DNA of 64,000 nt from Coriobacteriaceae bacterium (GCA_019421015.1 JAHZGC010000015.1:15795-79794), one strand, 5' to 3'; shown: positions 24,911-33,801, counted from the first letter of the stretch. Notes: a model not told the origin generated them from the sequence alone. Program-made: numbers and translations.

Positions 24911-25801
24911 ATGGGCGTGTCGTGGCTTTTGCTCGGCTACGCCGTGTGCGCGATCGTGGCATGCGGCACCCTGGGGGCGCAGGGCGTCTGCGCCCTCAGG
25001 GGCCACGGCACCAAGGTCTCGATGCCCGCCACCGTGATCGCGTTGGCTGCCGCTCTTCTGAGCGGCGTCTTCGCGGTCGCGCGGCTCGGGCGCGTCGACC
25101 GCTTCCTCAACGTCTTCGGCAACCCCTCCTCGGCCATCGCCCAGGGCTACTACGCCCTGGTGATCCTGCTGGTGGTGGCCGTCGTGGCGGTGGTGGTCAT
25201 GCGCCGCGCCGAGACGCCGGGGGAGATGCCCGCGTGGTGCGCCGCCCTGTGCGTGCTGGTGGGCCTGCTGGGGGTCTACGCCCTGGCGGCCAACCTCACG
25301 GCCACGGTGCACAACGCGGCCAAGACCTGGCTCACGGCGGCCTACGTGCTCTGCGCCGCCGTGGCCGTGGGAACGTTCGTCTGTGCGGCCGTGGAGGCCG
25401 TGCGCTCCCGCACCGTGGCTAAGGGCCTGGCCCTTGCGGCTGTGGGGGGGAGTGCCGCCACGGGCGTCATGGCGGTGGTCTACGCCCTGGTGGCTCCGGG
25501 TCTGGGGCTGCGCGTGGCGACGCTCACCACCTCGACCTACGGCATCGTGCCCGGCCACCCCTCGGGGACCTCGATCTCTGACGTGGCGGCCGGCCCCGGC
25601 ATCGAGTCGCCCCTCTTCTGGGTCGTCGCGGTGGCGGTGGGGGCGGTTGTGCCCCTGGTGCTCGGTTGGATTACCCGCAAGGCCGAAGGCGCCTCCCGCG
25701 CCGTGGCGAGCGCCCTGTGCGCCGTCGCCGTGCTCGCGGGCGCCGGCGTGACCCTGGGGATGTTTGCCCTGGGGACCAGCGCCACCAAGATGTTCATGTA
25801 A
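24911..25801 (+). CDS. Integral membrane subunit (probable quinol-interacting anchor, DmsC/NrfD-like role)
   Basis: 296 aa, almost entirely hydrophobic helices (LLGYAVCAIVACG, VILLVVAVVAVVVM, WCAALCVLVGLLGVYALA and others). GGGGGAG RBS. Tightly packed after the Fe-S subunit. The family call rests on context only. Confidence 0.55.
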   Translation: MGVSWLLLGYAVCAIVACGTLGAQGVCALRGHGTKVSMPATVIALAAALLSGVFAVARLGRVDRFLNVFGNPSSAIAQGYYALVILLVVAVVAVVVMRRAETPGEMPAWCAALCVLVGLLGVYALAANLTATVHNAAKTWLTAAYVLCAAVAVGTFVCAAVEAVRSRTVAKGLALAAVGGSAATGVMAVVYALVAPGLGLRVATLTTSTYGIVPGHPSGTSISDVAAGPGIESPLFWVVAVAVGAVVPLVLGWITRKAEGASRAVASALCAVAVLAGAGVTLGMFALGTSATKMFM

Positions 25802-25886
25802 CTGCTTGCTTCGCGTGAGCCGCCCGGTCCTCCCCGTGGGCCGGGCGGCCGCGAAAGCCTCTGGTGAGGTACTGGCGATTTGTGGC

Positions 25887-25964
25887 GGGCGCCGCTCGCC
25901 GCGTTCCGCAGGCGCTCACGTACGTCCAGTACGCATCGCGCCTGCGCGCCTCGCGACCGGCGCC
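25887..25964. repeat. Nested-hairpin repeat, family 1, copy B (reverse orientation on the plus strand)
   Basis: GCGTTC-CGCAGGCG-CTCACGTACG-TCCA-GTACGCATCG-CGCCTGCG-CGCCTC is the reverse complement of the copy A/C layout. The inner stem has a different sequence but is still perfectly paired (CGCAGGCG/CGCCTGCG). It lies between the anchor gene and the polyferredoxin gene. Confidence 0.75.
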
Positions 25965-26114
25965 TTTGCTTAAGAGGACGGCGGCCAGTAGGCGTTCTGC
26001 ACCTCTCAGCTTCTCACCAGGGGCTTTCGCCGCGACGCCGCGGGTGTGGCCTCCCCGGTCCTGCTCGCGGAGTTGTTCCCCGTGCCCATGTTCGTATCCC
26101 CGAAAGGAGCTGCC

Positions 26115-27328
26115 ATGACCAGTGCTGCCCGCAACGTGCTCGGCGTGCTCGAGCGCTTGGAGGGCCCCGACGTGGCGGTGCACCAGATGCGCTGCATCGA
26201 CGTGCGCAACCGCAACGCCGGCTGCACCGCCTGTGCAGACGCCTGCACGAGCGGCACGATCAGCCTCGAGGACGGGCTGCTGAGCGTGCGCCCCGAGCTC
26301 TGCATTGGCTGCGGCACCTGCGCCACCGTGTGCCCCACCTGCGCCCTCGAGGCGCGCCATCCCACCGACGAAGACCTTTTGGCGAGCTGCCTTGCCGCCA
26401 TGGAGGCTTCCGGCGGACACAGCCTGCTCGTGCTGTGCTCCAAGAACGCCGACGGTGCCTTCGGCCGCTACGACGAGGCCGTCTGTGCCGTGGTCGGCTG
26501 CCTGGGGCGCCTCGACGAGAGCCTGCTTGCCGGTCTGGCCGCCCGCGGCTGCGAGTCGGTCGAGCTGGTGGTGCGCGGCTGCGAGGGCTGCGCCCATGTG
26601 AGCGGTCTGCGTACCGCCGAGGCGGTGTGCGCCAGCACCTCCGAGCTGCTCGAGGCCTGGGGCAACCCCATCTCCATCGCCCTGGTCGACGACATCCCCG
26701 CCTGGGCCCGCTCCACCGCGCCGCTGGGCATGGTTTCCGAACGCCCCGCGGTGGCACCCGATGCCCAGGGTTTCTCCGCCGGTGACCTTTGCGCCTGCGA
26801 CGCCGAAGCCGTTTCCGAAGCGCTTGAGGCCGCCCTGCTTGGGGCACCGTCTCCTGAGGACCCCGCCGCCCCGGTAGGGGAGAAGGCCCCGGAGCGCAGC
26901 CTGCCCCAGAAGGTGGGGCGCGACGGCACCCTTGCCCACCACAAGCCCACGCGCCGCGGGGTTCTTCTCCAGGCCCTGGGCGAGCTGGGTGAGCCGGCCC
27001 CCGTCACCGTGAGTACCCGCCTGTGGGGCGCCCTCTCCATCGACACCGAGGCCTGCGGGTCGTGCCGCCTGTGCGCGGTGTTCTGCCCCACGGGTGCCCT
27101 GCGCAAGTTCGACGACCGCGCGACTGCGTGCATTGCGGCTGCTGCGAGGCCATCTGCCCCAAGGGCGCCATTCACCTGGCAAACGAGGTCTTTGCCCCCG
27201 ACCTGGTCGACGGGCATGTGGAGCGCTTCGAGATGCGCCCGCAAGAGATCGTGTCCGGCAAGGCGACCACCGTGGTGAACAAGATGCGCAAGCTGCTCGT
27301 GGGCTCCAAGGCCGTCAACTTCGCCTAA
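26115..27328 (+). pseudogene. Polyferredoxin-like protein (two 2x[4Fe-4S] modules) with an apparent single-base frameshift near 27116-27122
   Basis: Start ATG 26115 (AAAGGAG upstream). N-terminal CTACADAC and CIGCGTCATVCP. Near the C-terminus CGSCRLCAVFCP is in frame A, while the partner motif CVHCGCCEAICPKGAIHL and the natural-looking end ...KAVNFA-stop (27328) are in another frame (track ORF 27023..27328). The switch point is the CGCGCG tract at 27116-27121. Confidence 0.65.
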
Positions 27329-27411
27329 GGCTCGCGTGCGGTGAGTGCTTCCCGGAGTAAAAAACCAGCCGAGGGTGCGATGGCCAGGGCTGGCGATTTG
27401 GCCCGGATTAC

Positions 27412-27554
27412 AAAAACCGGCCGAGGGCGTGACGATATCTCGAAAATTTATATAAATCTGAGAAAAATTCACGCTTTACCTGCGGTTCTTTTTCTATCCT
27501 CCACATATATTTAATCAAAAATCGCAGCAAGTCACACCCTCGGCGCGTTTTTGG
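27412..27554. repeat. Dyad-symmetric element flanking an A+T-rich promoter-like core (also site 5 of the TACCTGC box)
   Basis: AAAAACCGGCCGAGGGCGTGAC (27412-27433) faces GTCACACCCTCGGCGCGTTTTTGG (27531-27554). A third, direct copy AAAAACCAGCCGAGGGTGCGA starts near 27360. ACCTGCGGTT (27478-27487, reverse complement of AACCGCAGGT) spans the dyad centre (27483), about 207 nt upstream of the 27692 ATG. Confidence 0.6.
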
Positions 27555-27691
27555 TTTTGCGCCCCCGTCCGCATCCTTTTGCGCTCGCCTAGCAAGGTCG
27601 TGCATCTGCCTTGCGCCCGTCCAAGCCCTTTTCTTCCGACGCTGAGCCGTCCTGTGTGCATTCATTCCCGCTTCTGTAAGGAGACGCTACT

Positions 27692-28543
27692 ATGAACGCT
27701 GCCCCTTTGAACCCCAACGCCTACGAGGCCTCCGACGACCTGGTGCTCGACGACGGCTTTGACCCCCTGGCCTGCGAGGGAGCCGACCGCGACGAGACGG
27801 TCGCCGGCATGGCGGGTACCGCCGCCGAGGCCGAGCGCGAGGCCGCCCCCGACGAGGAGGACGTGCTGCCCTACCTGGGCGACCCCGACGCGAACCACAT
27901 CCCCGAGCCCGTGGTCGACGACCGTCCCGCCTCGGTGCGCACCGAGGAGCTCTTCAGCCGCATGAAGCCGCGCCGCAGGGTGCTGCTCGGCGTGCTCGAC
28001 CTGTGCCGCGAGCCGGCCGGGGTCGACGCCGTGAACGCCCGCATCGACGAGCTGCAGTCCGAGCAGCGCTCGGTCTTTGACGGCGCCGCCCTCACCGCGC
28101 TGCTGGAGCGCGCCGGTGCCCTCGAGAAGCTCCAGGACGTCGAGGAGCAGGAGCCTCGGACCGTGGTGGTCGACGGCGTGGAGTATCTGGAGCCGGCGGC
28201 CAAGATCGAGGTGCGCTACCGCACCACCGAGGCCGGCCAGGCCATGCTCGACGCCGACCGCCCCGCGGACCTCCTCCACGAGGTGTTGGAGCGCGACGCC
28301 GTGTACAAGCCCATCTACCTGCGCATCCTCAAGGCCTGCGACGAGGAGGGCGGCAAAACTGCCAAGGAGCTGGGCGCGCTCGTGGACTCCGACCCCCTGG
28401 TGCAGCAGCCGCGGTTTTGGGCCGCCCACTTCTTCAACATCCTGGGCGAGTGCGACGCGCTGACCTGGAACCGCACCTGGCAGACCACCGACCTGGGGCG
28501 TACGGCCATCGAGGAGCTCGAGCTCGAAGGCGTCAGCGCCTAG
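27692..28543 (+). CDS. Hypothetical protein: acidic N-terminal region followed by two possible winged-helix-like segments
   Basis: AAGGAGA RBS. The N-terminal ~80 aa are rich in D and E. Later segments RRVLLGVLDLCREPAGVDAV and IYLRILKACDEEGGKTAKELGALV resemble wHTH recognition regions, but this is only a weak pattern-level call. Confidence 0.5.
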   Translation: MNAAPLNPNAYEASDDLVLDDGFDPLACEGADRDETVAGMAGTAAEAEREAAPDEEDVLPYLGDPDANHIPEPVVDDRPASVRTEELFSRMKPRRRVLLGVLDLCREPAGVDAVNARIDELQSEQRSVFDGAALTALLERAGALEKLQDVEEQEPRTVVVDGVEYLEPAAKIEVRYRTTEAGQAMLDADRPADLLHEVLERDAVYKPIYLRILKACDEEGGKTAKELGALVDSDPLVQQPRFWAAHFFNILGECDALTWNRTWQTTDLGRTAIEELELEGVSA

Positions 28544-28642
28544 GAGCTGCTTCCCTCTCACCCGCCGTTCCCGCGGGTGGCCGCCTTCCTGCCACCGCCC
28601 GGCCCCGTTACCCCATTTCCCCGTTGCCCAAAGGAGATACCC

Positions 28643-29341
28643 ATGACCACCGCAGCCGACCAGCTGAGCCTCGAAGAGTTCGCCGCCCTGAACGAGCGCC
28701 GCGCGCGCTCCTACGACCTGCTCGCCCGCCTGTACGCCAAGGAGGTGGACCAGGCCCTGCTCGACGAGCTGCACGCCACGCGTTTCCCCGCGTCCACCGG
28801 CTCCCCGGAGGCCGACGAGGGCATGCGCCTCATGGCCGGTTATCTGAGCAACGTGTGGGAGGGGACCCTGCAGGAGCTGGCCGTGGACTACGTGCGCTGC
28901 TTTATCGGCAGCGGCATGGACGCCTTCAGCGCCGCCTACCCCTTTGAGAGCGTCTACACGAGTCCCAAGCGCCTTATGATGCAGGAGGCCCGCGACGAGG
29001 TGCTCGCCATCTACCGCAGCCAGGGGCTCGAGAAGGCCGCGGGCTGGAAGGAGTCCGAGGACCACATCGCCGCCGAGTGCATGTTCATGGCGACGCTGGC
29101 CGAGCGCACGGCCGAGGCCTGCAGGGCCGGCGACGAGGACAAGGTCGCCAGCCTGCTTACCGTGCAGCTCAACTTCCTGCGCGACCACCTCTACGCCTGG
29201 ACCGGCATGATGACCTCGGACCTGCGCGGCTACGCCCGCACCGACCTCTACAAGGGCCTTGCAGCCTATACCGACGGATTCCTGGCCAGCGACGTCGAGC
29301 TGCTCCAGGGCATCCTGGGCGACGACGGGGCCGACGAGTAG
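28643..29341 (+). CDS. TorD/DmsD-family molybdoenzyme maturation chaperone
   Basis: ATG 28643 after AAAGGAGA. SYDLLARLYAKEVDQALLDEL, AVDYVRCFIG, ESEDHIAAECMFMATLA, the same layout as 5617-6390. Confidence 0.7.
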   Translation: MTTAADQLSLEEFAALNERRARSYDLLARLYAKEVDQALLDELHATRFPASTGSPEADEGMRLMAGYLSNVWEGTLQELAVDYVRCFIGSGMDAFSAAYPFESVYTSPKRLMMQEARDEVLAIYRSQGLEKAAGWKESEDHIAAECMFMATLAERTAEACRAGDEDKVASLLTVQLNFLRDHLYAWTGMMTSDLRGYARTDLYKGLAAYTDGFLASDVELLQGILGDDGADE

Positions 29342-29365
29342 AACCGCACCGCCTGTGCGACGGGG

Positions 29366-29465
29366 GGCGATTCGCAGAATCGCCGAGACAAGGCGCGCGA
29401 GGGCGCGGTGTGCCGGAGCACATAAGCCCGAGCGGAACGCAGTATCGGCGATTCTGCGGATCGCC
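29366..29465. repeat. Nested-hairpin repeat, family 2, copy D
   Basis: Outer inverted repeat GGCGATTCGCAGAATCGCCGA / TCGGCGATTCTGCGGATCGCC. Inner AAGGCGCGCGAGGG-CGCGGTGTGC-CGGA-GCACATAAG-CCCGAGCG-GAACGC. Second copy at 47795-47901. It shares AAGGCGCGCGAGGG and GAACGC with family 1. Confidence 0.75.
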
Positions 29466-29591
29466 CCGGGGCTCTGCGAAGAGGGACGGCCCGGCATTGG
29501 GCACACGGGGAGGGCCGTCCCTCCCCTCAGGGCCCCGGTCCGCAGGCGGCTGGCAGATCTTCTCGGCACGATTCGGTAGGGAGATTTCAGT

Positions 29592-31472
29592 ATGGATTCG
29601 ACGATCGATTCGACGGGCCTGTACGCCGGCCCGCAGGCAAAGACCGCCCTGGTTGGAGGCCCCGGCTCCGGTAAGACCCAGGCCCTCGTGGAGCGCGTGG
29701 CCCAGGCTATTCAGGAGGGGGAGAGCCCCGACGACGTGCTTGTGCTCGCGGTCAGTCCCACGGCGGCCGCCGCGCTGCGCGAGCGCCTGGAGCGGGCTGG
29801 TGTCGCCGGCGTGGTTCCGACCACGCCCATGGCGCTGGCCCAGGAGGGCCTTGCCGGCGCGGGGGTGCCCCGGGCCCACCGGCTGGCCTCCTTCGAGGAG
29901 ACGTTCTTCCTTGAGGACATGCGCGTCACAGGCATGGCGCCCCGCCGCCTGCGCGAGATGCTCAAGTTCCTGGAGCGCGGCTGGTCCGAGATGCGCGACG
30001 ACGAGCCCGGCTGGCTCGTGACCAAGGAGGAGGAGGGGCTGAACGGCTTTGCCCGCACCTGCCTCGCCTCCATGGGCGCGCTGCACCCGACCGAGGTCGC
30101 GGCGGCCTACGTGTGCCTGCTCGCCGAGCGCCCGGAGACGCTGGCGGATGCTCAGAGACCCCTCGTGTTTGCCGACGACTACCAGGCCATGAGCCGCGCG
30201 AGCCAGCGGCTGGCCCGCATGCTGGCCGCCCGGGAGCTCACGGTGGCGTGGAGCCCCGTCGCGGGGCTCAAGGGCGAGGAGTTCTACGGCTACCGGGACG
30301 GTCTGGCGGAGCTCGGTGCCACCCAGGTTGTCGCGCTCGATCGGAGCTGCCTGGCGGCTGCCCCTGCGCAGGCGGTCGAGAACCTCTGCAGGCAGGAGTG
30401 CCTGGCCGCCGTGGACGCCCCGGCCTGCACCCCCGACGCGCCCGTCGGCACCTTCGAGGTCGTCTCGGCCGCAGACCTCTCCGAGGAGCTCGATGCCGTG
30501 GTGTCCGCCGTGCGCGGCCTGCTCGACGAGGGGTTTGCCTGCAACGAGCTCTACCTGGCCCAGCCCAACGACGCCTGGGTGCGCCGTGTGACGGCCGCCT
30601 TGGTGTGCGCCGGCATCCCGGCGAGCGGCGTGCAGGAGCGCCAGGCCCTGGGCGGAGACGTGCGCGACGCCCACAAGTCCACGGCACCCCTGGCCTATAC
30701 GGCGCTCCATCTGGCCGCCGACCCCCAGAGTGCCACGGCCTGGCGCTGCTGGTGCGGCTTTGGCGACTACCTGACCTGCTCCTCGGGCATGACGAGGCTG
30801 GCGCAGCTGGGGGCCGACACCGGCCGTACCCTGCCCGAGCTTTTGGCAGCCCTGGAGGCCGGCGAGCTCGACGTGGCCCTGATCGACCGCGACGCCATCC
30901 TGGGCCGCTACCGCGCCGGCCGCGCGCTGCTCGAGGCAGCCGAGGGCCTCAAGGGGTCGGAGCTGCTGGCGGTGCTCGCCAAGGGCACCACGGGGTCAGC
31001 CGAGGTCCCGTCCGCCCTGGCTGCGCTGGTGGGGGAGGCCGGCGCCGACGAGGACGCCCCGACGCTCTACGCCCGCGCCCAAAAGGCCCTGCTCGAGCCG
31101 GTCTTCTCTCCCGGTGCCGTGCGCGTGGGCGGCTTCGACGCGGCCCTGGGCCAGAACCCCCGCGCCCTGGTATGTTGCGGCATGGTGAACGGCCTGGTGC
31201 CCCCCATGGGATACTTCGAGCTCACTCAGACCACCATCGACGCCCAGAACAAGATGCACGAGCGGCTGGTGGAGCGCCTGACGGCCTTGGCCGGCAAGGC
31301 ACGGGAGGCCCTGGTGTGCGTCACCTTTAAACGCGCCACCCTCGTCGAGGCCGAGACGCTCAAGCTCAAGACCGAGCGCGTGCGCCTGCGCGACGGGCAG
31401 CGCCTCTGCGACCTGGGGTCGAGCGTCTGTATTGACTATCTGACCGGTGCCAAGCTGGCCTACGTGCGGTAG
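29592..31472 (+). CDS. SF1 (UvrD/AddB-like) helicase-family protein with degenerate motifs
   Basis: Walker A VGGPGSGKTQ. Motif Ia-like AVSPTAAAALRERL. Motif II-like VFADDYQAM (DDYQ in place of DEFQ). Late motif VRVGGFDAALGQNPRALVCCGMVNGLVPP resembles the UvrD motif V/VI region. No nuclease motif was recognised. Confidence 0.6.
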   Translation: MDSTIDSTGLYAGPQAKTALVGGPGSGKTQALVERVAQAIQEGESPDDVLVLAVSPTAAAALRERLERAGVAGVVPTTPMALAQEGLAGAGVPRAHRLASFEETFFLEDMRVTGMAPRRLREMLKFLERGWSEMRDDEPGWLVTKEEEGLNGFARTCLASMGALHPTEVAAAYVCLLAERPETLADAQRPLVFADDYQAMSRASQRLARMLAARELTVAWSPVAGLKGEEFYGYRDGLAELGATQVVALDRSCLAAAPAQAVENLCRQECLAAVDAPACTPDAPVGTFEVVSAADLSEELDAVVSAVRGLLDEGFACNELYLAQPNDAWVRRVTAALVCAGIPASGVQERQALGGDVRDAHKSTAPLAYTALHLAADPQSATAWRCWCGFGDYLTCSSGMTRLAQLGADTGRTLPELLAALEAGELDVALIDRDAILGRYRAGRALLEAAEGLKGSELLAVLAKGTTGSAEVPSALAALVGEAGADEDAPTLYARAQKALLEPVFSPGAVRVGGFDAALGQNPRALVCCGMVNGLVPPMGYFELTQTTIDAQNKMHERLVERLTALAGKAREALVCVTFKRATLVEAETLKLKTERVRLRDGQRLCDLGSSVCIDYLTGAKLAYVR

Positions 31473-31625
31473 GGTGTTTTTGGCAGAGTTCCCGTCCGCT
31501 GGGCGTTCGCGCGCGGCGCATTGAGGTACATACGCCCCGATGCACCGCGGCCCGAGGCGTTGCCTGCAGACGTCCCGGAGCGCCCGGATCCCGTTTTCTG
31601 TTCGTCCTTCCCCGAGGAGCCCATC

Positions 31626-32771
31626 ATGAACGACCTCTCATCCCTGTCTGCCCTGCTTGCCCATGTCCCCGAGCATCCCGTGCCCCACGCCGGCGACGCG
31701 GTGCGGCTCGACTATGCCCCGGATCCCCGCGGCGTGGCCGTGAGCGTGCGCGCCGCGGCCGACGGCGCGGCCACGCTGACTGTGACCGCCCCGGCCGACG
31801 AGGTAGAGCGTTCGGTTTCGGCGGCCCAGGCAGCCATTGTGCGCAGCCACGGCGGCGACCCCCGCGATGCGCAGGCCTTTGAGCAGGCGCGTGCCCGCAT
31901 GGGCATCATGGCGTTCGCCAACGCGGTGAACCGCCTGGTGCGCCAGCGCCTGTTCTCGCTGGCCGTCATGCTCACGGGTATCCTGCCGTTTTTTGCCCCC
32001 CGCTACCTGGAGGGCGCCGCCCCTCGTCCCGGCGAGCCCTATACCTTCGAGGTCGAGGTGCTGCTCCGCCCTGCCTCGGAGCTGAGCACTTACGAGCCGG
32101 CCCGCGTCTCTTTGCCTGCGACGGCCCCCGTCACGGAGGACGACGTGGAGCAGGCCCTGGGGGCGATGCTCGGCGGCTCGATCAACTTTACCAACGTGCC
32201 CGACGAGGCCCGCGCCTCCTTTGACCGCCTGCGCGACGAGGCGCGCTCGCAGCTTGAGGCCCAGCGCGCGTCCGAGCGCACCGCGGCCCTGATCGACCGG
32301 GCGACCGACGCCCTGGCCGAGCGCCTGGTGTCCCAGCCACCCCAGGGCTACGTCGAGCTTATGCGCAACCAGATGGCCAACCAGTTCGCCGCCTCGGTGG
32401 AGGCGTCGGGCACCCCGTGGGACAGCTACACCGCCGACCCCTCCTACAACGAGGAGGCCTTCAAGGCGTCCATGACCGCCCAGGCCCTGCAGGCGCTGCG
32501 CCGCGGCATGGTGCTCGACGCCGTGACGGCCCACGAGGGCATTCGCCTCACCCTCGACGACGTGCTGGCCGCCCTGGGCTCGGTGGCCCGCGGCCGAGAG
32601 ACCGTGGCCGCGCAGGCCATGCTCGACAACGGCCAGCTTCCCCAGCTCTGCGAGGTAGCCCTGCGCGCCAAGGCCGGCGAGTGGGTCGCACGTCATGCCG
32701 AGGATGCTGCAGGCGAGAAGCCCTCGAACGCCGGGGGCGTCTCCGCCGCGGGCCGCCCTGCGTCCGCGTAG
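31626..32771 (+). CDS. Trigger-factor-like protein lacking the PPIase domain and the ribosome-docking signature
   Basis: ATG 31626 (GAGGAG upstream). EPYTFEVEVLLRPASELSTYEPARVSLPATAPVTEDDVEQALGAML matches the end of the trigger-factor N-domain and linker. It runs straight into a Trigger_C-like helical region (...MVLDAVTAHEGIRLTLDDV). No GFRxGxxP motif and no FKBP insert. Confidence 0.5.
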   Translation: MNDLSSLSALLAHVPEHPVPHAGDAVRLDYAPDPRGVAVSVRAAADGAATLTVTAPADEVERSVSAAQAAIVRSHGGDPRDAQAFEQARARMGIMAFANAVNRLVRQRLFSLAVMLTGILPFFAPRYLEGAAPRPGEPYTFEVEVLLRPASELSTYEPARVSLPATAPVTEDDVEQALGAMLGGSINFTNVPDEARASFDRLRDEARSQLEAQRASERTAALIDRATDALAERLVSQPPQGYVELMRNQMANQFAASVEASGTPWDSYTADPSYNEEAFKASMTAQALQALRRGMVLDAVTAHEGIRLTLDDVLAALGSVARGRETVAAQAMLDNGQLPQLCEVALRAKAGEWVARHAEDAAGEKPSNAGGVSAAGRPASA

Positions 32772-32782
32772 GGGAGGCCGGC

Positions 32783-33670
32783 ATGGACGACGAACGCGCC
32801 TGGGCCCCCATCGACTTCACGGTGCCCGACTTCACCGTGGGGCTGCGGCGCAACCTGCTGTTCGCCCAGCTCATGGCCGACTGCCCACAGTTCTTCTACG
32901 ACGATGTGCGCATCCACAGCGTCTACGGGTGCTTCCCGGGCTGCGCGGTGAACGGCGGCCGCGCCTACGTGCGCGAGCCGTGGACCCGCTCTCAGATGGA
33001 GGACGCCTTCTCGGCCCTGGACGAGCGCGGCATCGGTGCCCGACTCACCCTCACGAACATGCTCGTGGAGGAGAAACACCTCGAAGACCCCTACTTCAAC
33101 CAGATCCTCGACGTGGCGGCGGAGCACGGCGCCGGCGTGATCGTGTACTCCGAGCTTGTGAACGAGTATGTGCGGGCGTGCCACCCGCACATGGAGCGCG
33201 TGCTCTCCACCACGCGCGAGATCCTGGACCCCGCCGAGCTCAACCGCGAGTTGGGCCGCTACGACCTTGTGGTGCTCAACTACAACAAGAACAAGGACCG
33301 GGAGTTCCTTGACGCGGTGGAGAGGCCCGAGCGCCTGGAGGTCATGGCCAACGAGCTGTGCAACCCCGGCTGCCCCCACCGCACCGAGCATTACCTGCAC
33401 CACAGCCGCGACCAGCTCGAGGGGCGCGTCACGGAGTTCCGCCGCTGCAACCTGGCCGGCCACGACTTCTGGCGCGAGGCGCCCACGAGCCCCACGATCC
33501 TCTCGAACGACGACGTGCGCGCGCTGCGCGACCGCTACGGCGTGCGGCGCTTCAAGCTGGTGGGGCGCGGGGTGGCAAGCGCCATGAACCTCGAGAGCTA
33601 CCTATACTACCTGGTACGCCCCGAGCACCGCGACGGCCTGCGCCGGGCGATCCAGCAGATGGGGGTGTAG
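32783..33670 (+). CDS. Hypothetical protein (295 aa), family not recognised
   Basis: ATG 32783 after GGGGAGG, 11 nt after the upstream stop (operonic). Codon usage is coding-like. Cys/His-rich segment ELCNPGCPHRTEHYLHH. No confident domain call. Confidence 0.5.
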   Translation: MDDERAWAPIDFTVPDFTVGLRRNLLFAQLMADCPQFFYDDVRIHSVYGCFPGCAVNGGRAYVREPWTRSQMEDAFSALDERGIGARLTLTNMLVEEKHLEDPYFNQILDVAAEHGAGVIVYSELVNEYVRACHPHMERVLSTTREILDPAELNRELGRYDLVVLNYNKNKDREFLDAVERPERLEVMANELCNPGCPHRTEHYLHHSRDQLEGRVTEFRRCNLAGHDFWREAPTSPTILSNDDVRALRDRYGVRRFKLVGRGVASAMNLESYLYYLVRPEHRDGLRRAIQQMGV

Positions 33671-33801
33671 GGGAGAAGAGCGCGAGACTTTGCCTGAACA
33701 GCGCAGGCCGCGGGGCTCTCACTCACGCCTGCGGCTTGCGCTGCATTTCTTGGGTTTCTTCCGCCGCGGAGTATGCAATTTAGCCGGAAGGGCCCAAAGC
33801 T

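Noticed and set aside
21068-25558. 1496-aa minus-strand ORF, the longest in the window
   Set aside because: Antisense to three well-supported plus-strand genes (catalytic, Fe-S and anchor subunits). Its low-complexity Gly/Ala/Val/Asp/His translation spans their intergenic junctions, which a real gene would not do.
27662-29569. 635-aa minus-strand ORF
   Set aside because: Antisense to the hypothetical and TorD-like genes, and it runs across a repeat element. Low-complexity translation.
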